64,000 bases of DNA, from NCBI GenBank assembly GCA_965601925.1, contig OZ271854.1, forward strand, positions 2,144,001 to 2,208,000, read 5' to 3'. This DNA is from Alkalispirochaeta sp. Its GTDB lineage: Bacteria > Spirochaetota > Spirochaetia > DSM-27196 > Alkalispirochaetaceae. The notes under the pieces were generated by a model. That model was not told where the DNA came from, did not search any database, and saw only the letters and a program-made list of their open reading frames with translations. Below, piece after piece: positions 51,625 through 59,714 of the stretch. Both the position numbers and the translations under genes were made by a program. Every line of letters begins with the position of its first letter. The first letter of the stretch is position 1.

Positions 51625-54306
51625 TTATGTTGATTCTTTGAGAGCGTACTTTCGCTCCCTCTTTTCGAATGCCTCGACACCACCCTCAAGGTTTAATAGC
51701 GAGTTTCGGTGGGATAGGTCTTCAATTGTAGCAAAGTCGACGTTGGTCTTAGCCTCGGGCATTGATAAGATAGTAGTTAGCTCGGCGTCAGCATTGACTA
51801 CAATGTTGGCATTGTGTGTAGCGAATATCATCTGCCGTGAAGACTTCTTTTCCTTGATCAGGTCAACCAGGTAGTTCGCGATCAAAGAACTATCTAGATG
51901 GGCCTCTGGTTCATCAATGATGATTGGGTTATTTCCAAACAACAACAGAATCACGATCACCGTCGTGCAACGTTGACCAAACGAGGACGCTTCGATTGGC
52001 CGTCCTCGATATCTCACATTGACTCGAATCACTTCGTTAAAATCGAAATAGGCGACTCGTGCAAGATGTTTATAAATCGAAAAATTAATCTCATCGGCGA
52101 ATACCTTCGCAAGATATCGTCGAGAATTTGTGTCCCCAACAACGTGGTTACGTAAGTCATCTATGGATACACTCTCGTCTATTAGTGCTTTCGGATCGAT
52201 TCCAAACAGACACTCTTTGACCCTATCAGACCTATAGTTGAACTCTGTTCCCAAATCACCGAAATGATCTATGAAACGCGCGAACAGATTCTCTGTTGCT
52301 GTTTCTTCGTCTATCCCTACATTCAGTTCGATTCTATCAATTTCGTTTGGATTACTCCTGTTAACGTTCTCCAAAACTGATTTCAATGCGCCTATTTCGT
52401 TGGTGACTACACTAACCAGGTTGTTGAATGAAGCTTGAAGCTTCGATTCATCGTGTTCCTCAATCTGATCGTCGATCATCGATATCCGCGAATCAATATC
52501 GTCAAGTTCGGCTGATAGAGAATCAACGAGGCTCCCTGAGTTCTTTATATCTTCTATGTTCTCAGGTGTTACTCCGATTCCCTCAAGATATTGACCCAGT
52601 TCGTCTTGTCTTTCTCGATGTTGAGTCTGGAGTTTATTTTCAGTCTCGATTTCTTTATCGAAGATAGACTCGGACAGGAACGATGTGTGTAGCTGCGAGA
52701 GCCCTTTCAAAAACTCGTTATATGCGACCAGATAATGGGAGCTATCTTCATTGTTTTGGACTGGAGGATGGTTCTTAAGCAACTCATTGACGTCATCTCT
52801 CAGTCTTTCCAAACGTGTTCGTTCGGCCCTAATACCGACAAGTTTTCTATTAGATTCGGTCACGGAATCGTTCAGGGTTTTGTAGTCGTCTCCTTCAATT
52901 GTCGCTGATACTTTCTTGTTGCTGTCTAAACTCAAGACAATACGACGACGTTCAGTGATTGCCTGTTGCTTCTCGACTAATAGACGGATGATATCTTCTA
53001 CTTCGGAAGTAGCTGTTGTTACAGCCAGTTCTTTCTCCGCGACATGAGAGTTACGGCGTCGAATCCGATCGTAAATGGCGTCGGTGAACTTCCGAGGATT
53101 GGTGGCATATTCTTCGATCTCGTTCTGTTCGAGAAACTCTAACCCCTCCGCTGAGTGGTCCACCTGAACAAAATCCGAATGACTTACATTTGAACCATCG
53201 GGGGTGATCGTGTTTTCCTTGTTAAACGTTGTAGAGGCCCCACTACGGATTACATCGACCAGCACGTTGAGCAAAGTGCTTTTCCCGGTTCCCCGGCCCC
53301 CGGTTACACACGTCAGAAAGGGACTAAGTTCCCAGTCTATCCTTACACCGGCGAAACAGAATGTCGAAGGTTCCGTACCGGTTCTGTTGATGATCACATT
53401 TTCGGGATAGTCCATATTCATTCTGGTTATACGTTTAGGCGCAAAAGGAGGACGAGCCTCGCCGATCTTTACTCTGTGCGCAGGCTCGAAGAAGACCTGG
53501 CGGAGCCCTTCAAAAGTTAGATCAGCTTTTATCCAAGTGATGTCTTTGTGGATTTGGCCGTTTTCTTCGCATCGTTTTCCGAGATAGTGATCAAGATCGT
53601 CGAACGAATGAGCATCGCTTCCAGAAAAAACGGGTTTGGGTATTGATGCCGAACTTGAGTCATCATATCGATTGGCAGACAGAAACCATTCAACGTTCTG
53701 TGATCCACCAAAAAATCCATCGGAAATCTTATCGATCTCATCGCTTATTATGCGTTTGCGTGGAGATTTGGAATCCGCTCGAATACCGGCATTGTTTGCG
53801 GCGGCAAGAATAAGAAATGGACGCATATCACCGAATACTTCGTGGAGTTTTTCTAATACTTCATGCTGGTTGACGCATGCAGAGACATATTCCGAAGGTT
53901 CGAGCTCAATACAAGATACTCTTGCGCCGTTTATAGTTTTGGATATCTTCAACTCATGCAGAAATCTCTCGATCTTCGACCGATCAAGTTGACTATCGAA
54001 AATGACATGGAGGTTTACCTCTTCCGCTGCTTTGTTGACTGACACATCAAGACGAAGCTCGATATTCGGGAAAAAAACTTTACCTGAGTTGGGATAAAGG
54101 CGCTTGTATTCGCTTAGGAACTCGAAATGACGGGCGACGGAGAAATAGTCGGTGATTCCAAACGCAATAACATCTGATTCATGAAGTTTGCGACAAAAAT
54201 CAACCAGACTGTTAGCGTTTGTCGCCAAATCGTAGCCGTCATTGAGATTTGTACCCGGAGGATGCACATGCAGATCCCATTTCCGCCAAATGGACCCGGT
54301 TGACAT
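51625..54306 (-). CDS. PHP phosphoesterase fused to ABC-type ATPase (Ppl/TrlF-like, probable anti-phage)
   Basis: WDLHVH, GITDY, NIELR, HVIF, GSDAH, TWIKAD.TFEGL; GGRGTGKST, SFGQR, IDEPEAHLD, ATHNAN. Confidence 0.85.
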   Translation of the reverse strand: MSTGSIWRKWDLHVHPPGTNLNDGYDLATNANSLVDFCRKLHESDVIAFGITDYFSVARHFEFLSEYKRLYPNSGKVFFPNIELRLDVSVNKAAEEVNLHVIFDSQLDRSKIERFLHELKISKTINGARVSCIELEPSEYVSACVNQHEVLEKLHEVFGDMRPFLILAAANNAGIRADSKSPRKRIISDEIDKISDGFFGGSQNVEWFLSANRYDDSSSASIPKPVFSGSDAHSFDDLDHYLGKRCEENGQIHKDITWIKADLTFEGLRQVFFEPAHRVKIGEARPPFAPKRITRMNMDYPENVIINRTGTEPSTFCFAGVRIDWELSPFLTCVTGGRGTGKSTLLNVLVDVIRSGASTTFNKENTITPDGSNVSHSDFVQVDHSAEGLEFLEQNEIEEYATNPRKFTDAIYDRIRRRNSHVAEKELAVTTATSEVEDIIRLLVEKQQAITERRRIVLSLDSNKKVSATIEGDDYKTLNDSVTESNRKLVGIRAERTRLERLRDDVNELLKNHPPVQNNEDSSHYLVAYNEFLKGLSQLHTSFLSESIFDKEIETENKLQTQHRERQDELGQYLEGIGVTPENIEDIKNSGSLVDSLSAELDDIDSRISMIDDQIEEHDESKLQASFNNLVSVVTNEIGALKSVLENVNRSNPNEIDRIELNVGIDEETATENLFARFIDHFGDLGTEFNYRSDRVKECLFGIDPKALIDESVSIDDLRNHVVGDTNSRRYLAKVFADEINFSIYKHLARVAYFDFNEVIRVNVRYRGRPIEASSFGQRCTTVIVILLLFGNNPIIIDEPEAHLDSSLIANYLVDLIKEKKSSRQMIFATHNANIVVNADAELTTILSMPEAKTNVDFATIEDLSHRNSLLNLEGGVEAFEKRERKYALKEST

Positions 54307-54340
54307 GCAAAAATTATGGATTGATTTGTCGGGATAAGCA

Positions 54341-54446
54341 ACATAATACAGACACCACCTGCGGCCCGAAGCTGCTCTGCTAATGAAGGAGTTGGTAAGG
54401 GTTTAGCGCATACAAAACCGCCGGCTGATAAAAAATCATACTATGT
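54341..54446 (-). repeat. Degenerate long-type attC site
   Basis: ACATAAT...ACCTGCGGCCCGAAGC...TTTAGCGCATACAAAACC resembles the array consensus; both cores mutated. Confidence 0.55.
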
Positions 54447-54528
54447 CTTGGTTTTCGAAATAGCGTTTTTTACCGAGTGGCTGAAGCACGAAGCCCAACC
54501 ACCCGGTAATAACTAATGGGACTAAGCC

Positions 54529-54795
54529 TTACGAGGCTTTTTCTTGGCGGCATGTTTGCTTGTGGGCGCGTGCCGCCACTTTGAAAATGCATCCATCGCA
54601 TGGACCCTTCGGACTTTTGCACCGACAGGCGGCGCAGACATCATAGAGGTCATAATCATCGATTGCATCGAGAATGAGGCGATCCAATGTCCTGGTCATT
54701 GGCTCATTCTTGAACCACGCCATTCGCCTGAGAGCAAACACCGCATCGCGGCTCACCTTGGGGACATACGTACCAGCGCCAATCTTTTTGTGCAT
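54529..54795 (-). CDS. 88-aa RHH-like, Cys-rich hypothetical protein, copy 2
   Basis: Close paralog of 42917-43183 with the same RBS context and length. Confidence 0.8.
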   Translation of the reverse strand: MHKKIGAGTYVPKVSRDAVFALRRMAWFKNEPMTRTLDRLILDAIDDYDLYDVCAACRCKSPKGPCDGCIFKVAARAHKQTCRQEKAS

Positions 54796-54843
54796 TTCCT
54801 GCACCTCCATGAATGATGTATGCGGGAAAGCCATGCTTGGTCC

Positions 54844-54960
54844 CGCACCGGAGGTGCGCGACGCTCCTCGTTTTCATGTGTCAAGGTCGAACGAAGTGAG
54901 CCCGAAGGGCTTGGCCTTTACACATGAAAAAGAGGACGTACCATGAGAAGACTGCGGGAG
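54844..54960 (+). promoter_or_regulatory. Conserved hairpin element, copy C (Frpo/ssi-like candidate)
   Basis: TCCTCGTTTTCATGTGTCAAGG / CCTTTACACATGAAAAAGAGGA stem; TTTACA-16 nt-TACCAT. Confidence 0.55.
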
Positions 54961-54988
54961 CAGGTTAGGTTGAGGCAATTTCGGGGTG

Positions 54989-55309
54989 TTACCGGAGGTT
55001 TCTTCGGAGCAATATGTCTTCGATGTTTCGCCGCCCATCAATTACGGCAAGGATCAATACTCGATCGGATTCTTGCGTATAGAACACGCGCCATGGCGCG
55101 ACGATGATCTCTCGATATTTGGTGATGTTCTGCCGTTCGAGTTCCGGAATGACCCGTCCGGTTTCCGGAAATTCTGATAGTCGCGATACTTCGGAATCAA
55201 TCTTTTCTGCGATGTTCTTCGCAATAGTCGCTGAAGAATGACTGATAATCCAATCAATGATTTCTCGGAAGTCTATCGCCGCGCTCGCGGCCCATGTTAT
55301 TTGTGCCAT
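54989..55309 (-). CDS. RelE/ParE family toxin
   Basis: ITWA.SA..D...I, L..FPE.GR..PE, YREII..PWRVFY, DGRR. Confidence 0.9.
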   Translation of the reverse strand: MAQITWAASAAIDFREIIDWIISHSSATIAKNIAEKIDSEVSRLSEFPETGRVIPELERQNITKYREIIVAPWRVFYTQESDRVLILAVIDGRRNIEDILLRRNLR

Positions 55310-55315
55310 CGAACA

Positions 55316-55588
55316 TCAATCAGGAATACGACTATAGATGTCGTCCATGACCGATTGATGATCGACGGTTCGGTTGTCTGCAATATCCTTTTCACTTTGC
55401 GATATGAGTTTCATCAGTCCGAGGGCATCTTTCATTTCTTGATAGGTTTCGGTGTCGAGTAGTACCGCTCGTGCTTCACCATTTTGAGTGATTAATATCG
55501 GATTATGAGTGTCATTGACTTGCCGCAACATTTCCGCGGCGTTGCTTTTCACATACGAAATAGGGCGAATATCTGAACGAAGATTCAT
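55316..55588 (-). CDS. Phd/YefM family antitoxin
   Basis: DIRPISYVK, PILITQNGEA.AVL. Confidence 0.9.
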   Translation of the reverse strand: MNLRSDIRPISYVKSNAAEMLRQVNDTHNPILITQNGEARAVLLDTETYQEMKDALGLMKLISQSEKDIADNRTVDHQSVMDDIYSRIPD

Positions 55589-55662
55589 AACCAGCCTCCC
55601 GGTTCAAATAACGTACTTTATTTAGTCTGTTTACGCAATTCATGTGGGGTAACGCAGAAGCA

Positions 55663-55783
55663 ACATAACACCGAGCTGACCTGCAAGATGCGGCCCGGAG
55701 CCGCAGGCGGAGGGATTGGCGCGACTTTTGCGCATGCAAAAGTCGTGACAAAGCAGATTGACTGGTCCAGCGTTATGTTATGA
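55663..55783 (-). repeat. Intact long-type attC site (121 bp), empty IS target
   Basis: Minus strand TCATAAC...CGCTGGACCAGTC...GCAGGTCAGCTCGGT-GTTATGT, 8 bp after a stop codon. Confidence 0.9.
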
Positions 55784-55791
55784 CGCCGTCT

Positions 55792-56604
55792 CTATAAAAT
55801 AAACGTTGGATTTCGTAATACGATTTGATCGATATCGGAAAAAAAGGACATTAAGTTGAACTCGCTTATTGTTACCTGACCGGGATGTGCGGACTGGTTT
55901 CGTATATCGAAACAGCTTTTTAAACGAGTATGTTGGTTAGAGTCAATGAATCCCATACCTTCGATTATCCAAAGAACATTTGTATCAAACACCTCACGAA
56001 GCTCACTTAGTGTAGAGACACTTTGTGGAGAACTGAATCGCTTGTATCTGCCTTTCGTTTGCGTCGCCATTCGAACTGAAGCGACATTGAATTTCTGAAT
56101 TCCGAAATCGACTATTTTCCTGTGAATACGATCAATTGCGGCGCACCATCCCATAACAGCTGCAGCTCGAAAGAAGCCTCGTTGCGCGCATTTCACCGCT
56201 TCGGACAAATACTCATTTTCATCTTCGTTGGGCAAGTCTGCTAAAAGTCTATGCAATAAAGCAATTGAACCAATCTCACTTGGGTTGGTTTGTGCTGGTA
56301 TTATCAATTCTGTGTTGAAAGACTTTATCAGTGCCTCGAAAGTCTGCAAGTACGATTTTTTCAGATTGTTATTCGCTACGAGTGAGAGAAGTCGACCTGC
56401 TGCTTCACCGTATTTCTCGAGTATATCGGAACTCATGCCTAATTCATCGATTAAACGAGGTTGAAGACTGGAAAACCACGCCGTTGCCAGGTTTTCAACT
56501 CGTGTTTTTAAGTCCTTTTTCGAAACGCGATCGACTTCAAGCTTGCGTATGTCCTGCTTGATTCCCTTTGCAATGGCAAGAAACTCTTTTAAATCAGCGA
56601 TCAT
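55792..56604 (-). CDS. Hypothetical protein with HEPN-like C-terminal domain
   Basis: YL.EA..C...G.FRAA.VM.W and RNQSAH (RxxxxH). Confidence 0.7.
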   Translation of the reverse strand: MIADLKEFLAIAKGIKQDIRKLEVDRVSKKDLKTRVENLATAWFSSLQPRLIDELGMSSDILEKYGEAAGRLLSLVANNNLKKSYLQTFEALIKSFNTELIIPAQTNPSEIGSIALLHRLLADLPNEDENEYLSEAVKCAQRGFFRAAAVMGWCAAIDRIHRKIVDFGIQKFNVASVRMATQTKGRYKRFSSPQSVSTLSELREVFDTNVLWIIEGMGFIDSNQHTRLKSCFDIRNQSAHPGQVTISEFNLMSFFSDIDQIVLRNPTFIL

Positions 56605-56605
56605 G

Positions 56606-57208
56606 TTATTCGATCTCTTTGATTACCTTTGCAAGTTCTGCTTTCCCTTGTTCAGATAGGTTTATGCTCTTTACGTCTTTGTTATACTTTTCAAAATCAA
56701 ATAGACCGCTATTGTTGGTAAAATTGTTCGCAAAGTTATTTTTGTCATAGCACTTTCGGTCAGTGGCCTCGGATCTGATTTGCTCGACATCTGTTGAAAA
56801 ATCACCTGTTTTCAATGCGTGAAGAAGGCATTGAAGAAGTGCTATACGGATTTGACTCTCAGATGTTCGCGTAGTCCTTAAATCATCATAAAGAGGTAAA
56901 AAGGTGTCGTCTTCTTTATAGAAGATTAGGTTTAAATCATCTATTGACAACGCCTGTTTCTCCAAGAACCTACGAACTTTGACGTGAATATCGGTGTCGG
57001 AAATATCTTGCTGAGTCTTTTCAGCCTGGTCGATAGGATCGGGAACACCTGGTATCTCATTTTTTTGCGGACCTTTAGGAGCCGAGTTTACTGTTCCTTG
57101 TTGTAATTCGTGTTTTAGCAAGATTTCGAAACAAGCCTGTTGTAGGTTTTCCGGGCATTCCTTCACTATTGCAAGAATATCCATCACTTTCTTTTTTAGA
57201 TTATCCAT
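56606..57208 (-). CDS. Hypothetical protein, first gene of the first cassette
   Basis: GGAGG RBS; 200 aa; 1 bp from the next gene; C-terminus could be winged-helix (L...G...L). Confidence 0.75.
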   Translation of the reverse strand: MDNLKKKVMDILAIVKECPENLQQACFEILLKHELQQGTVNSAPKGPQKNEIPGVPDPIDQAEKTQQDISDTDIHVKVRRFLEKQALSIDDLNLIFYKEDDTFLPLYDDLRTTRTSESQIRIALLQCLLHALKTGDFSTDVEQIRSEATDRKCYDKNNFANNFTNNSGLFDFEKYNKDVKSINLSEQGKAELAKVIKEIE

Positions 57209-57279
57209 TCAATGCCTCCAGTGATTTTGATTGTATCAATGAAATGGCAACTATGCTTTATCGAGTTAGCCGTTAGGCG

Positions 57280-57314
57280 ACATAACATATTCCCTCCGCA
57301 CTTTTCCACATAAC
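57280..57314 (-). other. Array start / candidate attI site
   Basis: Minus-strand GTTATGTCGCC core matches the first cassette's R'' flank (GTTATGACGCC); second GTTATGT direct repeat at 57308-57314; no attC palindrome upstream. Confidence 0.5.
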
Positions 57315-57747
57315 AGCCCAATGCCAACTCGTCTGTAATCGCCGAAAAGCACGGAACCTCACACCTCGATGTACTTCTATTGAAAAGGAGTAAACACCGG
57401 CATAGAGGTGTTGTTGTTGCAAACCATTTCGGTCGTTTCACTAACCGCATCACAAAGACAGATGTAATCGCGGCGTTTTGGGCGACGGCCCGGCGTCCAA
57501 ACCATGAACGGCACCTGATGCGGGCCGTGGAGCGGCTACGCTCGCGTGATCTCGGTCGTACACGTTGCGGGCTTTGAAACGGAAAACGCTATCGACCGAC
57601 TATGAAAGGGCTTCAAGGTGCCTTCTTCGTCGGCCTTTAACGGAGGCGCATCAATCCGAAGCGCGCGACTTTTTGAACCCACTCAGCGTGCACCGCTCTC
57701 CGTCACGCGTGATTCGGTTCAGTGTGTGCGCCGACCACGCCCCGACT

Positions 57748-59595
57748 TCACGTGTAGGAAAAGAGTCGCCGGTAGTCGTCGCACCGCGCCATTAACTCGT
57801 CATGGCTACCGATCTCCAGTACGCGGCCGCGCCGGAGTAGTAGCACACGGTCGGCGCGCCGAATTTGGCTCAATCGATGCGTGATGATGAGCGTCGTGCG
57901 ATCCGCGGCGATCCGTTGCATCGCCTGTTGAATCTCGTCCTCGGTGCGACTGTCGATAGCGCTTGTGCTGTCGTCGAGAATCAAAATGCGCGGGTCCGTC
58001 AGAAAGGCGCGGGCGATCGCCAGGCGTTGTTTCTGTCCGCCCGACAGGGTCACACCGCGCTCGCCGATCTCGGTTTCATATCCGTCGCGAAATCCGCGTA
58101 TGAAATCGTCGGCCTGGGCCAGCTTCGCCGCCTCAACGATCTCTTCAGGGGTTGCCGTCGGTCGCCCGAAGGCGATGTTCTCTCGGATCGTCATGGAGTA
58201 CAGGAAGATATCCTGCTCGATCGCCGAGATCTGACTGCGAAGACTCTCAAGGTTCCAATCGCGGACATCGATGCCGTCTACCGATACGGCACCCCGCGTT
58301 ACGTCGAAGATACGATTAATGAGTCGCGTGAGCGTTGTTTTGCCCGCGCCGGTGCGACCGACGATCGCGACGGTCTCCCCGCTTTGAATGCTCAGGGATA
58401 TATCGTCGAGATCGAATCCGTCCGCGGTCCCGTCGAAGGAGAACCCTACATCTTTGAGTTCGATCCCACCGACCATGCGGCCGCTATGACCCGCGGTATT
58501 CTGGTCGAGCGTCGTCTCCTGCGCGATGAGTTCCAGAATACGCGCCGACGATGCAAGGCCCATCTGCACCAGATTGAATGAGAACAGGGAGATGAAGGTC
58601 GCGAATCGAAAGGTGCCGAAGAGTCCCATGAAACCCACCACCTCGCCGAGGGTCAACACCCCGCCCCGCCACAACCAGAGCGAGTGAAAGAGTCCCAGAC
58701 CCCACGAAACGGCGAAGGCCATCATCGGCCAGTAGCGAGCTTGGATCTCTCCCTGACGCACGAAGTAATTACGAAATGACCGCGCATTGGTGAAGAACGT
58801 CTTTGACTCCGAACGTTCCCGCACGTTCCCCTTTACCACCTCGATACCACCGATCGCCTCGGCGAGATGGCTGTTCATGACGCCGAACTGCTCGCGTTGC
58901 GCAATGCTGACCGGCGCCAGGCGGCGGTTGTAGTCCCACACCGTCAGCGCGAGAAGTACCGTGAAGAGTGTTGGAACGATCCAGAGGCGCGGATCGATGA
59001 GGAGAATCATCGCGAAGGGAACGAACAGTGCAAGGGTCGAGTCGATAATCAGCATGATTCCCGGGGAAAACATCATATTCAGGGCCCGTACATCGTTGGT
59101 GGCCCTGGCCATGATATCGCCGACACGTTGGGCCGCATGGAAGCTTTGACTCTTACCGAGAAGGCTCGTGTAGAGCTCCTCGCGGCTGTCGCGCTCGACT
59201 CGTTGGGCCAAGAACTCGGTAGCGATGTTTCTCAAGAGCCCCGTTACCCCTTGAAAGACCGCGGCGAGGGCCACGACCGCGGCGACAACCAACAGATCGT
59301 CCCGTCTCCAGCCCGGCTCCCGAATGACGTCGAATCCGCGGCCGATGTAGAGCGGGATAGTGCCGTATGCCGCATTGTTTATGACCGAGGTTGCGACCAG
59401 CACGGCGGGGAGCCACCAATATCTCATCGTGTGCGAGACGATCCAGCGCAACGGCGAGGATGTGTCGTAGTGCCTCACGTGGTCGAGGTGAAACTCGCGC
59501 GTGGTCGATCCGCCCTCCACGGAACTTGTATGAGTGGGCGCGCCGTGTTTCCGGGCGTGCGGCGGTTGCCGAGCCTCGACACCTTTGTCGGCCAT
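57748..59595 (-). CDS. ABC exporter, fused permease/ATPase (MdlA-like)
   Basis: GRTGAGKT, LSGGQKQR, ILDDSTSAID, ITHR. Confidence 0.93.
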   Translation of the reverse strand: MADKGVEARQPPHARKHGAPTHTSSVEGGSTTREFHLDHVRHYDTSSPLRWIVSHTMRYWWLPAVLVATSVINNAAYGTIPLYIGRGFDVIREPGWRRDDLLVVAAVVALAAVFQGVTGLLRNIATEFLAQRVERDSREELYTSLLGKSQSFHAAQRVGDIMARATNDVRALNMMFSPGIMLIIDSTLALFVPFAMILLIDPRLWIVPTLFTVLLALTVWDYNRRLAPVSIAQREQFGVMNSHLAEAIGGIEVVKGNVRERSESKTFFTNARSFRNYFVRQGEIQARYWPMMAFAVSWGLGLFHSLWLWRGGVLTLGEVVGFMGLFGTFRFATFISLFSFNLVQMGLASSARILELIAQETTLDQNTAGHSGRMVGGIELKDVGFSFDGTADGFDLDDISLSIQSGETVAIVGRTGAGKTTLTRLINRIFDVTRGAVSVDGIDVRDWNLESLRSQISAIEQDIFLYSMTIRENIAFGRPTATPEEIVEAAKLAQADDFIRGFRDGYETEIGERGVTLSGGQKQRLAIARAFLTDPRILILDDSTSAIDSRTEDEIQQAMQRIAADRTTLIITHRLSQIRRADRVLLLRRGRVLEIGSHDELMARCDDYRRLFSYT

Positions 59596-59679
59596 CAGTC
59601 GTCGTCCTCCTTCCGGTGAAGCTACAAGCTACTCGCTGGAGGAGAGTGCGGCAAGTGAATTGCGAATAGCGCGATGAGC

Positions 59680-59700
59680 CTCCGGCCCCACGGGCCGGAG
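59680..59700. terminator. GC hairpin downstream of the lipoprotein gene
   Basis: CTCCGGCCC-CAC-GGGCCGGAG; no clear U tract. Confidence 0.35.
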
Positions 59701-59714
59701 GGGAGGGCGGCGAG

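Noticed and set aside
41013..55783. Repeats as a CRISPR array
   Set aside because: Units are ~120 bp, separated by kb-scale gene-bearing segments, with AAC/GTT cores; no cas genes in the window.
57340..57747. Integron integrase (intI) remnant
   Set aside because: The short ORFs here show no recognisable tyrosine recombinase R-H-R-H-Y motifs.
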